A stretch of DNA of 64,000 nucleotides, from the NCBI GenBank assembly GCA_049671285.1, contig JBATUQ010000052.1, forward strand, positions 15,774-79,773, in the 5' to 3' direction. Position 1 is the first letter of the stretch. Each line of letters starts with the position of its first letter. A program made the position numbers and the translations under genes. The notes beneath the pieces are model-generated. The model was not told the origin of the DNA. It worked only from the letters and a program-made list of their open reading frames with translations, and did no database searches. The DNA is from Leeuwenhoekiella sp. (lineage in GTDB: Bacteria; Bacteroidota; Bacteroidia; Flavobacteriales; Flavobacteriaceae). Below, piece after piece: positions 1 through 8,800 of this stretch.

Positions 1-597
1 TTAAAGGATGATATAAATGAAGCTAATTTTACGGACAATTTATTCGGAGAGAAAACAAAAATCAATGCACAAGAATTGCTTGAAATAAACTTTAAGAAAT
101 ACAATAAGGTAGAGGCATCAGCAAACGAAATTTTAAACCCCTTCAATTATTATGATGCTGCTGCAAATATTGTTGACCCAAATAACGAAATAAGCCCAGG
201 TAGTTCAGGGCAAAATTACGGGATGCTTGCTCTGCTTTGTATCGCCAAGCTTTCTATTGTTGAAAGAAAGACAAGACATACTTTTGATAGGGTTGTAGAG
301 GGAATAAGAATTTTGCCAATTGATGAAGTTGCAGGATTAGGAGAAAACTTTGATATGCTTTACGACATTGCAAAGCGGTTAGACTATCAGATTTTCACTA
401 TGACAATTACTGCTAATGACTTGACTTTTCAAAACGGCAATCAAATTTACTATGAATTTATCAAAAATGCAGATGAAAAACTTTTTGAGCATAATGAGGG
501 AATTCAAGCTTGCTTCTCTAAAGATAAATTGATAGATGATATTCAAACACATTTTTCAGATTCAACTTTCCATTTGGAAGAAATTAATATCAAATGA
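1..597 (+). CDS. 3' part of an SMC/ABC-type ATPase gene, 5'-truncated by the window edge; candidate defence ATPase (Wadjet JetC/MksF-like or PARIS AriA/OLD-like)
   Basis: Frame 1 is open from nt 1 (no stop before the listed ATG at 76), so the gene starts upstream of the window. The translation has an ABC-signature-like SPGSSGQ motif. About 35 aa later comes a Walker-B/D-loop-like RILPIDEVAGLG, then an H-loop-position QIFTMTIT with no His. A 4-bp ATGA stop/start overlap joins it to the next ORF. Confidence 0.4.
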   Translation, partial: LKDDINEANFTDNLFGEKTKINAQELLEINFKKYNKVEASANEILNPFNYYDAAANIVDPNNEISPGSSGQNYGMLALLCIAKLSIVERKTRHTFDRVVEGIRILPIDEVAGLGENFDMLYDIAKRLDYQIFTMTITANDLTFQNGNQIYYEFIKNADEKLFEHNEGIQACFSKDKLIDDIQTHFSDSTFHLEEINIK

Positions 598-1508
598 TTC
601 CAATTAATACGCCATATAAGGTTCTAATGTATTTGGTAAAAATCAATGAAGATAAATCTTCACCAAAAAAGTATGAAAGTGACGCATTGATTTTGCATTT
701 TATTGAAAGGAAGTATCTAACAACACCAAAAGAAAGTCATAGAAAGTTTTATAAATCAAGTTCTTTTGAAGAACCTTTTACCAATGAAATTTTTCCAACA
801 TTTAGAAAATATGATTCATTCATCAAAAAATATCAAATTGAGAACTTAGAGAATCATTATTCAGTTCAGGAATTTGATACCTTAATCCAAATTGAAAATG
901 AAAGAGTAAAAATTCTTAATGCTGAATATTCTTTTCAAACAATACTTACTCAGCATTTTGGAAGTTCAAAGCACAGGAAAGCAGGTGGAATTTTATCTGA
1001 CGCAATAAAGAAAATATTAAAAATTGACAGCTTCCCTGAAGAGATTAAAGATCGACAATTTCTTTCTGTTCTATATCCAAAAAATGAAACTCGCTATATC
1101 ATACTTTGTGAAAATTTGAATAGATTAAAAATGCCAAGACACGACTTCATTGAGTTTTGGTATGCAGGTGGAAAAAACATAAAACAGCTTCAATTCATTC
1201 CAAAACCTAAGGTTCCAATTTTTTATCTATTTGATTGGGATTATGAAGGATTAAATATTTACATAGAAATTGAGCAAAAATACTTACCGACTATTAAAGC
1301 GTTAATCCCTGATAATTACGAATCATTAATGGAAAAACAGGAAGACGTAAAAGAGCACCACAGTAAATGGAAAAATAATAAATGCTTACTTCATTTATGT
1401 GAGAATGAAAGAGAAATAGCAAAGGTTTTATTTGAAACAGACCACATAATAGAAGAGCAGAAAATTAGGTTAAATGATATAAATCTATTAAAAAACGGCA
1501 TCATTTAG
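594..1508 (+). CDS. Toprim-domain protein; nuclease/topoisomerase-like partner of the upstream ATPase (JetD/MksG-like or OLD/AriB-like)
   Basis: The C-terminal half carries Toprim hallmarks in the right order and spacing: a conserved Glu in RYIILCENLNRL, a Gly-Gly in FWYAGGKN, and DxD-G in IFYLFDWDYEGLNIY. The 4-bp overlap with the upstream ATPase gene implies translational coupling. At 304 aa it is nearer AriB/DUF4435 size than a typical ~400-aa JetD. Confidence 0.4.
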   Translation: MIPINTPYKVLMYLVKINEDKSSPKKYESDALILHFIERKYLTTPKESHRKFYKSSSFEEPFTNEIFPTFRKYDSFIKKYQIENLENHYSVQEFDTLIQIENERVKILNAEYSFQTILTQHFGSSKHRKAGGILSDAIKKILKIDSFPEEIKDRQFLSVLYPKNETRYIILCENLNRLKMPRHDFIEFWYAGGKNIKQLQFIPKPKVPIFYLFDWDYEGLNIYIEIEQKYLPTIKALIPDNYESLMEKQEDVKEHHSKWKNNKCLLHLCENEREIAKVLFETDHIIEEQKIRLNDINLLKNGII

Positions 1509-1588
1509 AGAACATTTATATTAACACGTTTGATGATACATTAGCAATTCACACAAGAAAACGTTTAGTCCAAGTATGACAAAATAAC

Positions 1589-1745
1589 CCGGAAAAGTTT
1601 TCGAACAGCGATCCCAACGAGGTTTCTATTGTGCTGACCAATCAGTATAATTTTCGCGTAAGCGTGATTGCCATTGATGAGATCCCGGTACAGTTTCAGT
1701 AGCGGGATTTTGAGATGCAGATTGTCGTAGAAGCTAAAAAGACAT
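1589..1745 (+). pseudogene. Degenerate partial copy of an internal segment (codons ~70-125) of the DUF58 gene
   Basis: About 157 bp, ~90% identical to 3029-3185 inside the intact DUF58 gene. It translates to PEKFSNSDPNEVSIVLTNQYNFRVSVIAIDEIPVQFQ*, with TAG replacing the AAG Lys codon of the intact copy. It is a direct repeat 1440 bp upstream of its parent and brackets the rhuM gene. Confidence 0.6.
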
Positions 1746-1760
1746 GTAAAGCAAGGTGAA

Positions 1761-2738
1761 ATGCATTCAGAAATAATTATATATCAAACCGAAGACGGGC
1801 AGACCAAAATTCGAACTCGATTAGAAAATGAAACTGTTTGGTTGAATCAAGAACAAATGGCAGAGCTTTTTCAGAGAGATCGAAGTGTGATTACAAAACA
1901 TATCGGCAATATTTTCAAAGAAGGAGAATTGGAAAAAAAAAGCAATGTGCAAAATTTGCACATTGGTGGTTCAGACAAGCCTGTAAAGTTTTACAATCTT
2001 GATGTTATCATATCAGTAGGTTACCGGGTAAAATCGCTAAGAGGCACTCAATTTCGTATTTGGGCAACACAGCGGTTGCGAGAATATATCGTCAAGGGTT
2101 TTGCTATGAATGACGACCTGCTCAAGGAAGCAGGTGGTGGCAATTATTTTGATGAACTGCTAGCTCGCATCAGAGATATACGTTCATCCGAAAAAGTGTT
2201 TTGGCGTAAAGTGCTCGATATTTATGCAACCAGTATTGATTATGACGGTAAAGCCGAAGAATCCATCCCTTTTTTTAAGACGGTACAAAATAAAATGCAC
2301 TGGGCTGCACACGGGCAAGCGGCTGCAGAAACCATTTACAAACGTATTGACGCTAGTAAACCCCATTTGGGCCTAACCAATTTTAAAGGCGAAAAGCCAA
2401 CAAAAAAAGAAACTGAGGTTGCCAAAAACTACCTGAATGAAAAAGAACTGGATGTTCTCAACAGAATGGTTACAGCCTATTTGGAATTAGCAGAACTGCA
2501 AGCGCTGAACAGAAAGCCAATGTATATGAAAGATTGGATAAGCCGTTTAGATGACTTTCTTCAGATGACCGGAAACGACATCCTAACCAATGCAGGAAGC
2601 ATCAGTCATCAAAAAGCTTTGGACAAAGCTCATCAAGAATATGAAAAACATAGGGAAGAAACCAAAAATGAGCTTTCTAAAGCAGAAAAGGATTTCATAA
2701 AGCAAATAGAGTCTACTGCCAAAAAATTAAAGAAATAG
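1761..2738 (+). CDS. rhuM: RhuM-family protein (virulence/defence-island associated, DNA-binding)
   Basis: 325 aa. The N-terminus IIIYQTEDGQTKIRTRLENETVWLNQEQMAELFQRDRSVITKHI and the central YRVKSLRGTQFRIWATQRLREYIVKGF are the conserved core of the RhuM family. Confidence 0.85.
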   Translation: MHSEIIIYQTEDGQTKIRTRLENETVWLNQEQMAELFQRDRSVITKHIGNIFKEGELEKKSNVQNLHIGGSDKPVKFYNLDVIISVGYRVKSLRGTQFRIWATQRLREYIVKGFAMNDDLLKEAGGGNYFDELLARIRDIRSSEKVFWRKVLDIYATSIDYDGKAEESIPFFKTVQNKMHWAAHGQAAAETIYKRIDASKPHLGLTNFKGEKPTKKETEVAKNYLNEKELDVLNRMVTAYLELAELQALNRKPMYMKDWISRLDDFLQMTGNDILTNAGSISHQKALDKAHQEYEKHREETKNELSKAEKDFIKQIESTAKKLKK

Positions 2739-2815
2739 CCAATGCAAAATTTAGTACACATAGCATACAGCCAAACGACTAGGAGCAAAAGTTCTGATTT
2801 CTAAAAGAATAAAAA

Positions 2816-4156
2816 TTGAAAATAATAAGCTTCATAAAATCCCTCTACCTCCACAACCGTGTGTTTTACGCATTGGCCGGCATCGGTGTACTTTTCCTGT
2901 TTTCCTATTGGTATCAATGGTTGTATGTGGTAAGTTGGTTGCTGCTTTGGGCGTTGTTTTTGTTTTTTATCATTGATTGCGTTGCCCTATACCGAAGAAA
3001 AGACGGCCTTACCGCAAAACGCGATTTGCCGGAAAAGTTTTCGAACAGCGATCCCAATGAGGTACCGATTCTGCTGACCAATCAGTATAATTTTCGCGTC
3101 AGCGTAATTGCCATTGATGAGATCCCGGTACAGTTTCAGAAGCGGGATTTTGAGATGAAGATTTTGGTGGAGGCCAAAAAGAACAAACGCGTGGAGTACC
3201 ACTTGCGCCCCACCGAGCGTGGTCAGTACACCTTTGGGAACCTCAACCTTTACGTTCGGTCGCCGTTGTTGCTGGCGGTACGTCGGTATAAATTTCAAAA
3301 GGACCAGATGGTAAAGGTGTATCCGTCGTTCATCCAGATGAAGAAGTATGCCTTTCTCGCCATCGACAATAAGTTGACGCAATACGGTCTGAAGAAAATG
3401 CGTCGCATTGGCCACACGATGGAGTTTGAACAGATCAAGGAATACGTTCCCGGTGACGATGTGCGTACCATTAATTGGAAAGCCACGGCCAAACAGGGCA
3501 ACCTGATGGTCAATCAATATCAGGATGAAAAATCTCAGCCCATTTATTCGGTAATCGATGCGAGCCGGGTGATGAAAATGCCTTTTAAAGGCTTGACACT
3601 GTTGGATTATGCCATCAACAGTACGCTGGCCTTTAGTAATGTGGCACTAAAAAAAGGCGATAAAACCGGAATGCTCACCTTTAGTGAAAACATTCTGAAC
3701 CACCTCGCCGCAAGCAAAAAGAAAACCCACCTCAACCTGATTATGGAGGTGCTCTACAGCATCAACACCCGTTTTCTAGATAGTGATTTTGGTCGCTTGT
3801 ATGCCGAAGTGAAACATAAGATTACCCACCGCAGCCTGCTTTTGCTGTACACCAACTTTGAGCACATCACCGCACTCGAGCGGCAACTGCCCTATCTCAA
3901 AGGACTTTCGCAGAAACATGTACTGGTCGTGATCTTTTTCGAAAATTCGGAGCTGGACGATATAATTCAGAAGAAGGCGGAAAACACTCCTGAAATCTAC
4001 CACAAGGCCATTGCCCAAAAAATGGACTATGACAAAAAATTAATGGTCAAGGAACTGGAAAAGCACGGCATTCAGACCGTACTCACCAAGCCGGAAAACC
4101 TTACAGTAAATACCATCAACAAATATTTGGAAATCAAAGCCCGGGGTATTTTGTAA
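2816..4156 (+). CDS. DUF58 domain protein (MoxR-associated, vWA-like fold) with an N-terminal transmembrane extension
   Basis: The DUF58 core motif is present: GHTMEFEQIKEYVPGDDVRTINWKATAKQGNLMVNQYQDEKSQP. The N-terminus has two hydrophobic helices. No MoxR ATPase gene lies next to it in this window. Confidence 0.85.
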   Translation: MKIISFIKSLYLHNRVFYALAGIGVLFLFSYWYQWLYVVSWLLLWALFLFFIIDCVALYRRKDGLTAKRDLPEKFSNSDPNEVPILLTNQYNFRVSVIAIDEIPVQFQKRDFEMKILVEAKKNKRVEYHLRPTERGQYTFGNLNLYVRSPLLLAVRRYKFQKDQMVKVYPSFIQMKKYAFLAIDNKLTQYGLKKMRRIGHTMEFEQIKEYVPGDDVRTINWKATAKQGNLMVNQYQDEKSQPIYSVIDASRVMKMPFKGLTLLDYAINSTLAFSNVALKKGDKTGMLTFSENILNHLAASKKKTHLNLIMEVLYSINTRFLDSDFGRLYAEVKHKITHRSLLLLYTNFEHITALERQLPYLKGLSQKHVLVVIFFENSELDDIIQKKAENTPEIYHKAIAQKMDYDKKLMVKELEKHGIQTVLTKPENLTVNTINKYLEIKARGIL

Positions 4157-4240
4157 TTGCGGTTCTTTCATTTTCGCATCACGCAGAATACACAAGATCA
4201 AACTTGGTTATCTTTACAGCACGCATTATTTAATCTACTT

Positions 4241-4609
4241 ATGAAAAAAGTCCTCATTTATATTTTGGGCGGGATCGTCGCCCTCTTCTTGTTTTTCTTT
4301 GTTTTTGTGTATTCGGTGCCGTATAGCGAGGGCACCCGTGCTGGCGAACTGATCAAATTCAGTCACAAAGGTGTGCTCGTCAAAACCTGGGAAGGCCAGA
4401 TCAGTCAAGGGATCAGCGGTGCACAGATTTTTGATTTCTCGGTGTTGGATAAGGAAGACGATGTCATTCAGAAATTACAGGATTATCAGGGCACCTATGT
4501 CAAACTCACCTACGTGGAGCGGTACACCACCTTTTTCTTCTGGGGCGACACCAAATATTTCATTACCGACGTAGTCAAGGAAAATTCACCACATTTTAAC
4601 CGGCAATAA
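4241..4609 (+). CDS. Hypothetical small membrane protein
   Basis: The listed ORF 4157-4609 most plausibly starts at the internal ATG (MKKVLIYILGGIVALFLFFFVFVY), giving a single N-terminal TM helix. No recognisable family. Confidence 0.45.
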   Translation: MKKVLIYILGGIVALFLFFFVFVYSVPYSEGTRAGELIKFSHKGVLVKTWEGQISQGISGAQIFDFSVLDKEDDVIQKLQDYQGTYVKLTYVERYTTFFFWGDTKYFITDVVKENSPHFNRQ

Positions 4610-5358
4610 TGTTTCAATCGGGCCTTGTACGGCATCCTTGCCAAAAGCCCTCAGGAGTTCCTTATCTTTACGTTCAAATTCAAAGAAATATTATATTGAG
4701 CATTTCCGAAAACCTAAAAAAATATAAGAACGAACTTCCCCAACAGGTCAAACTGGTTGCGGTATCAAAGACCAAACCTTTAGAAGATCTTCGTGAAGCA
4801 TACGATGCCGGTCAGCGCATTTTTGGTGAAAACAAAATCCAGGAAATGACCGATAAATGGGAAGCGCTTCCCAAAGATATCCAATGGCATATGATTGGTC
4901 ACGTGCAGACCAATAAGGTGAAGTATATGGCGCCTTATGTGAGCTTGATACACAGCGGCGACCGGCTCAAACTCTTCAAGGAAATCAACAAACAGGGCAA
5001 AAAAGCAGACCGCATAATCAATGTGCTGCTTCAGGTTAAGATTGCCGAAGAGGATAGTAAATTTGGAATGGATCCCAAAGAAGCCGAAGATTTTCTAAAC
5101 GGTGAACCACTGGCTGATTTTCCCTATGTAAACATTAAAGGTTTGATGGGAATGGCGTCTTTTGTTGAGGATGAGAAGCAATTGCATCGGGAGTTTGCGG
5201 TAGTTGAAAAGTTGTATGACCGCTTCCGCGAAAAACACGGTTTTACGATACTAAGTGCAGGAATGAGCGGAGATTATAAGATCGCCCTCGAGCACAAAAG
5301 CAATATGGTACGCATAGGCAGTGCTATTTTTGGCGCCCGTGAAGGAGGTGGATGGTAG
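4609..5358 (+). CDS. yggS: YggS-family pyridoxal-phosphate homeostasis protein (PLPHP)
   Basis: KLVAVSKTKPLEDLREAYDAGQRIFGENKIQEM...WHMIGHVQTNKVKYM is the YggS/alanine-racemase-N fold signature. The true start may be the in-frame TTG at about 4696 (MSISENLKKYK...), giving the usual ~220 aa. The listed ATG at 4609 abuts the previous stop. Confidence 0.85.
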   Translation: MFQSGLVRHPCQKPSGVPYLYVQIQRNIILSISENLKKYKNELPQQVKLVAVSKTKPLEDLREAYDAGQRIFGENKIQEMTDKWEALPKDIQWHMIGHVQTNKVKYMAPYVSLIHSGDRLKLFKEINKQGKKADRIINVLLQVKIAEEDSKFGMDPKEAEDFLNGEPLADFPYVNIKGLMGMASFVEDEKQLHREFAVVEKLYDRFREKHGFTILSAGMSGDYKIALEHKSNMVRIGSAIFGAREGGGW

Positions 5359-5380
5359 CGGATCAGTTGGCAGTCTTCGG

Positions 5381-5540
5381 TGGGCAGTGGCAGTCTTCAG
5401 TAGGCAGTGGCAGTCTTCGGTGGGCAGTGGCAGTCTTCGGTGGGCAGTGGCAGTCTTCGGTGGGCAGTGGCAGTCTCCAGTGGGCAGTGGCAGTCTTCAG
5501 TGGGCAGTGGCAGTCTTCAGTGGCAGTTTGCAGTTTTTTG
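5381..5540. repeat. 20-bp tandem minisatellite, ~8 copies (TGGGCAGTGGCAGTCTTCGG)n, intergenic
   Basis: Head-to-tail copies with only 1-2 nt variants (TCAG/TCGG/CCAG at the unit end). The unit length is not a multiple of 3. It lies between the yggS stop at 5358 and the exonuclease start at 5654. The listed ORFs 5321-5602, 5352-5582 and 5363-5641(-) are just translations of the repeat. Confidence 0.9.
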
Positions 5541-5653
5541 AAGTTCTTAAAATCACAGCAACCCTGCACAATTACGAAGTAGAATTTAAACATATTACTT
5601 AAATCCCGACCAAAAAACTTCAAACATTGAACTATAAACATTAACCAAATTAC

Positions 5654-7042
5654 GTGTACGCAGTTTTAGACATAGAGACCACAGGAGGAAAATTTAATGA
5701 AGAAGGCATCACGGAAATTGCTATTTACCGTTTTGATGGCCGTGAGGTGGTCGATCAGTTTATCAGCCTTGTGAATCCCGAGCAGCCCATTCAACCTTTT
5801 GTGGTTCAACTCACTGGGATCAACAATAAAATGCTGCGCAATGCCCCCAAATTTTATGAGGTGGCCAAACGTATCATCGAAATCACAAACGAATGCACTA
5901 TCGTTGCCCATAATGCACCCTTTGACTACCGCATCCTCCGGTTGGAATTTGACCGTCTTGGATATGATTACCAACGTAAAAGCCTGTGTACCGTTGACCT
6001 TTCCAAAGAGCTGCTGCCCGAAGAAGAAAGCCACAGTCTGGGCAAACTTGCCCGTAGTTTGGGAATACCAATGACAGACCGCCACCGGGCAAGCGGTGAT
6101 GCGCTGGCCACTGTAAAACTTTTTAAGCTCTTGCTCAACCGCGACACCAAAAAGAAAATCATACAACAGAGCGTCAACCTCAACGTACCAAAAAAAATGG
6201 AGACCAAACTCCGTGATTTGCTGGAAACCGTACCAAGCACCACCGGAGTTTTCTACCTGCATAATGCCAAGGGGAAGATAATATTTATCGGCAGAAGCCG
6301 AAATATGAAAAAAAGGCTCAATCAATATTTTACCAATGAAAACAAAAAATCCCGACAAATACAAGAGCGTACCGCTGCCGTAAGCGTAGAGGAAACCGGA
6401 AGTGAACTCATTGCAACCCTGAAGGAATATGAAGAGCTGAAGCAGAACAGGCCATATTACAACACCTTAAAAAGGGAGCAGTTTACTAGCCAGTTGGTCA
6501 TAAAAATCGATCCAGACGGATTTGCATCGCTGGTCGTAGAGCGTCCCGATGACCGCCCCGACCCTATCGCCTATTTTGCAAACAGCAGCAGTGCCAAAAA
6601 GCACCTTCTCGACTATGTTGACAAGTATGACCTCTGCCTGAACAGAACAAGCATGAAGAAAGACAAAGGGGCTTGCGAGAATTACAAGTTGGGAACGTGC
6701 AAGGGAGCCTGTGTTGGCAATGAGGAGCCGTCAAGTTACAATGCAAGGGTAGAAGATTTGATACGGGAACATTCCTTTTTCGGGCGGGATTTGGCTATTA
6801 TTGACCGGGGTCGCAACGCGAAAGAGCGTGCAGTAATTTTGATTGAAAATGGTAAACTGAGAGGTATGGGTTACTTTAACCTTAATTTTCAGATCAACGA
6901 TCCACAAATACTGCATAAGATCATTACCCCAATGAAGGATAATGCGGTTTTTCGGTTTATCATCCAACGACACTTACGTTCCAAGAAAGTCCTGAAAATT
7001 ATCGATCTTAAGGCCATCAATCAATCTGAAACCAAAAACTAG
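5654..7042 (+). CDS. DnaQ-like (DEDDh) 3'-5' exonuclease fused to a GIY-YIG nuclease domain (Cho/UvrC-N-like)
   Basis: The N-terminus MYAVLDIETTGG...IVAHNAPFDYRIL...HRASGDALAT gives the Exo I, II and III motifs. The central GVFYLHNAKGKIIFIGRSRNMKKRLNQYF is the GIY-YIG core. This fusion is common in Bacteroidota. Confidence 0.8.
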   Translation: MYAVLDIETTGGKFNEEGITEIAIYRFDGREVVDQFISLVNPEQPIQPFVVQLTGINNKMLRNAPKFYEVAKRIIEITNECTIVAHNAPFDYRILRLEFDRLGYDYQRKSLCTVDLSKELLPEEESHSLGKLARSLGIPMTDRHRASGDALATVKLFKLLLNRDTKKKIIQQSVNLNVPKKMETKLRDLLETVPSTTGVFYLHNAKGKIIFIGRSRNMKKRLNQYFTNENKKSRQIQERTAAVSVEETGSELIATLKEYEELKQNRPYYNTLKREQFTSQLVIKIDPDGFASLVVERPDDRPDPIAYFANSSSAKKHLLDYVDKYDLCLNRTSMKKDKGACENYKLGTCKGACVGNEEPSSYNARVEDLIREHSFFGRDLAIIDRGRNAKERAVILIENGKLRGMGYFNLNFQINDPQILHKIITPMKDNAVFRFIIQRHLRSKKVLKIIDLKAINQSETKN

Positions 7043-7056
7043 CAGTTCTCCTGCCC

Positions 7057-7893
7057 GTGATAGAACGAACGAAACATACCTGGCGTACCAAACTTCATGA
7101 AGTCATTTATGAAGCTGACACTACTGAGGGCAAGTCGTTTGATGTCATACTCTTGATCCTGATTTTTGTCAGCATCATTTTGGTAATGCTGGAAAGCGTG
7201 AGCCACCTTAACGCTGAATACGGCAAGTGGTTTATCATTGGCGAATGGATCATTACCATTTTTTTCACCATAGAATATATTCTGCGTATCATCTCGATAA
7301 AGAAGCCTTCCAATTACATTTTCAGTTTTTATGGTATAATCGATCTCCTTTCGACCATCCCCCTTTATCTTACTTTTTTCTTTGTAGGGACCAATGCCCT
7401 ACTTGCCATCCGGGCTCTACGCTTGTTAAGGGTTTTTCGCATCTTAAAGATCAGCAGGTATGTGGGCGAAGGTGAAAAATTAAAAAGGGCTTTGTCTGAC
7501 AGCCGGCCCAAAATTTTGGTCTTTTTATTCGCAGTTTTAGTGCTTTCGGTGATTGCGGGTACGGTAATGTATTTGGTAGAAGGGCCTGAACATGGATTTG
7601 TCAATATCCCGATCAGTATTTATTGGTGTATCGTGACGTTAACCACGGTAGGTTTCGGGGATATCGCACCCGTTACTGCATTGGGACAATTTGTGGCCAC
7701 GGTAATCATGATCATGGGTTACGGAATCATTGCCGTACCCACTGGCATCGTTAGTGCAGAAATGTCAAAAGATAAATCTACCGGCACCGAAACCAAGATG
7801 AATACCCAAACATGTTTTAATTGCGGTGCTTCCACCCATCAGAACGATGCTATTTACTGCCACAAATGTGGTAATAATCTACATCATGACTAA
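7057..7893 (+). CDS. Voltage-gated K+ channel (6-TM ion-transport family) with a C-terminal CxxC...CxxC zinc-ribbon tail
   Basis: An S4-like RALRLLRVFRILKISRY segment, a pore/selectivity filter TLTTVGFGD, several hydrophobic segments, and a C-terminal CFNCGASTHQNDAIYCHKCG. Confidence 0.8.
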   Translation: MIERTKHTWRTKLHEVIYEADTTEGKSFDVILLILIFVSIILVMLESVSHLNAEYGKWFIIGEWIITIFFTIEYILRIISIKKPSNYIFSFYGIIDLLSTIPLYLTFFFVGTNALLAIRALRLLRVFRILKISRYVGEGEKLKRALSDSRPKILVFLFAVLVLSVIAGTVMYLVEGPEHGFVNIPISIYWCIVTLTTVGFGDIAPVTALGQFVATVIMIMGYGIIAVPTGIVSAEMSKDKSTGTETKMNTQTCFNCGASTHQNDAIYCHKCGNNLHHD

Positions 7894-8800
7894 AACGGTA
7901 ATTGTTGTGGTAGGTACGACTGCCATTGGCAAAACTGCATTGGCAATTCAGTTGGCCCAAATTTTTAATGCCGAAATAATTTCAGCAGATTCCAGACAGT
8001 TTTTTAAGGAAATGAAAATTGGTACAGCGGTGCCATCTGATGACGAACTGGCTGCTGCCAAACATCATTTCATTCAACATTTGTCCATTCACGAACCGTA
8101 TAGCGTGGGGGATTTTGAGCGGGATGCCCTGCGGAAAATTGAAGAACTCCACCAAAAAAGCGACTATGTGATCGTTGCCGGCGGAAGTGGCCTGTACGTC
8201 AACAGCCTACTGTACGGATTGGACGACTTCCCGAAAATCGATCCTTCCGTGAGGGAAAGATTAATAAAGGAACACGAGACCAAAGGAATATCTCATTTAC
8301 AGAAAAAGCTTATAGCGCTAGATCCCGTACAGGCCAAAAAGGTAGATCTACAAAACAGCCAACGCATCATCCGCGCCCTGGAGGTTTGTTTGGCAACTGG
8401 CAAACCGTATTCGCAGTTCCTATCAAAAAAAACCGTCAAAAGGCCTTTCAACATTATAAAAATCGGTTTGAGTGCACCACGTGAAATCATCTATGACCGA
8501 ATCAACAGGCGAGTCGATACAATGGTAGAACGTGGATTATTAGAAGAAGCGCGCACACTATTTAGGCATCGCAAGCTGAATGCGCTGAACACTGTGGGGT
8601 ACAAAGAATTATTCAACTACCTCAACGGGTCGTTGAGTAAGGAAGAAGCCATAGAAAAAATAAAGATCAATACCCGGCGGTTTGCCAAACGGCAGTTAAC
8701 CTGGTACCGAAAGGAAGAAAACATTCACTGGTTTCCTTACGACACGGCCAGTGAAGACATTGGTGATTTTATAAAAAAGGAAACAACCACATCTTCATAG
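7886..8800 (+). CDS. miaA: tRNA dimethylallyltransferase
   Basis: MTKTVIVVVGTTAIGKTALAIQLA (P-loop) and DSRQFFKEMKIGTAVPS are MiaA motifs. The start is taken at the internal ATG 7886 (MTKTV...). It overlaps the channel gene stop by 8 bp (ATGACTAA). Confidence 0.9.
   Translation: MTKTVIVVVGTTAIGKTALAIQLAQIFNAEIISADSRQFFKEMKIGTAVPSDDELAAAKHHFIQHLSIHEPYSVGDFERDALRKIEELHQKSDYVIVAGGSGLYVNSLLYGLDDFPKIDPSVRERLIKEHETKGISHLQKKLIALDPVQAKKVDLQNSQRIIRALEVCLATGKPYSQFLSKKTVKRPFNIIKIGLSAPREIIYDRINRRVDTMVERGLLEEARTLFRHRKLNALNTVGYKELFNYLNGSLSKEEAIEKIKINTRRFAKRQLTWYRKEENIHWFPYDTASEDIGDFIKKETTTSS

Noticed and set aside
5321-5641. Possible CRISPR array, or the coding ORFs 5321-5602(+), 5352-5582(+) and 5363-5641(-) over the 20-bp repeats
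   Set aside because: The repeats are strictly head-to-tail with no intervening unique spacers. The unit length is 20 bp, not a multiple of 3. The ORFs are just periodic translations (GSGSLRWAVAVF...) of the repeat in three frames.
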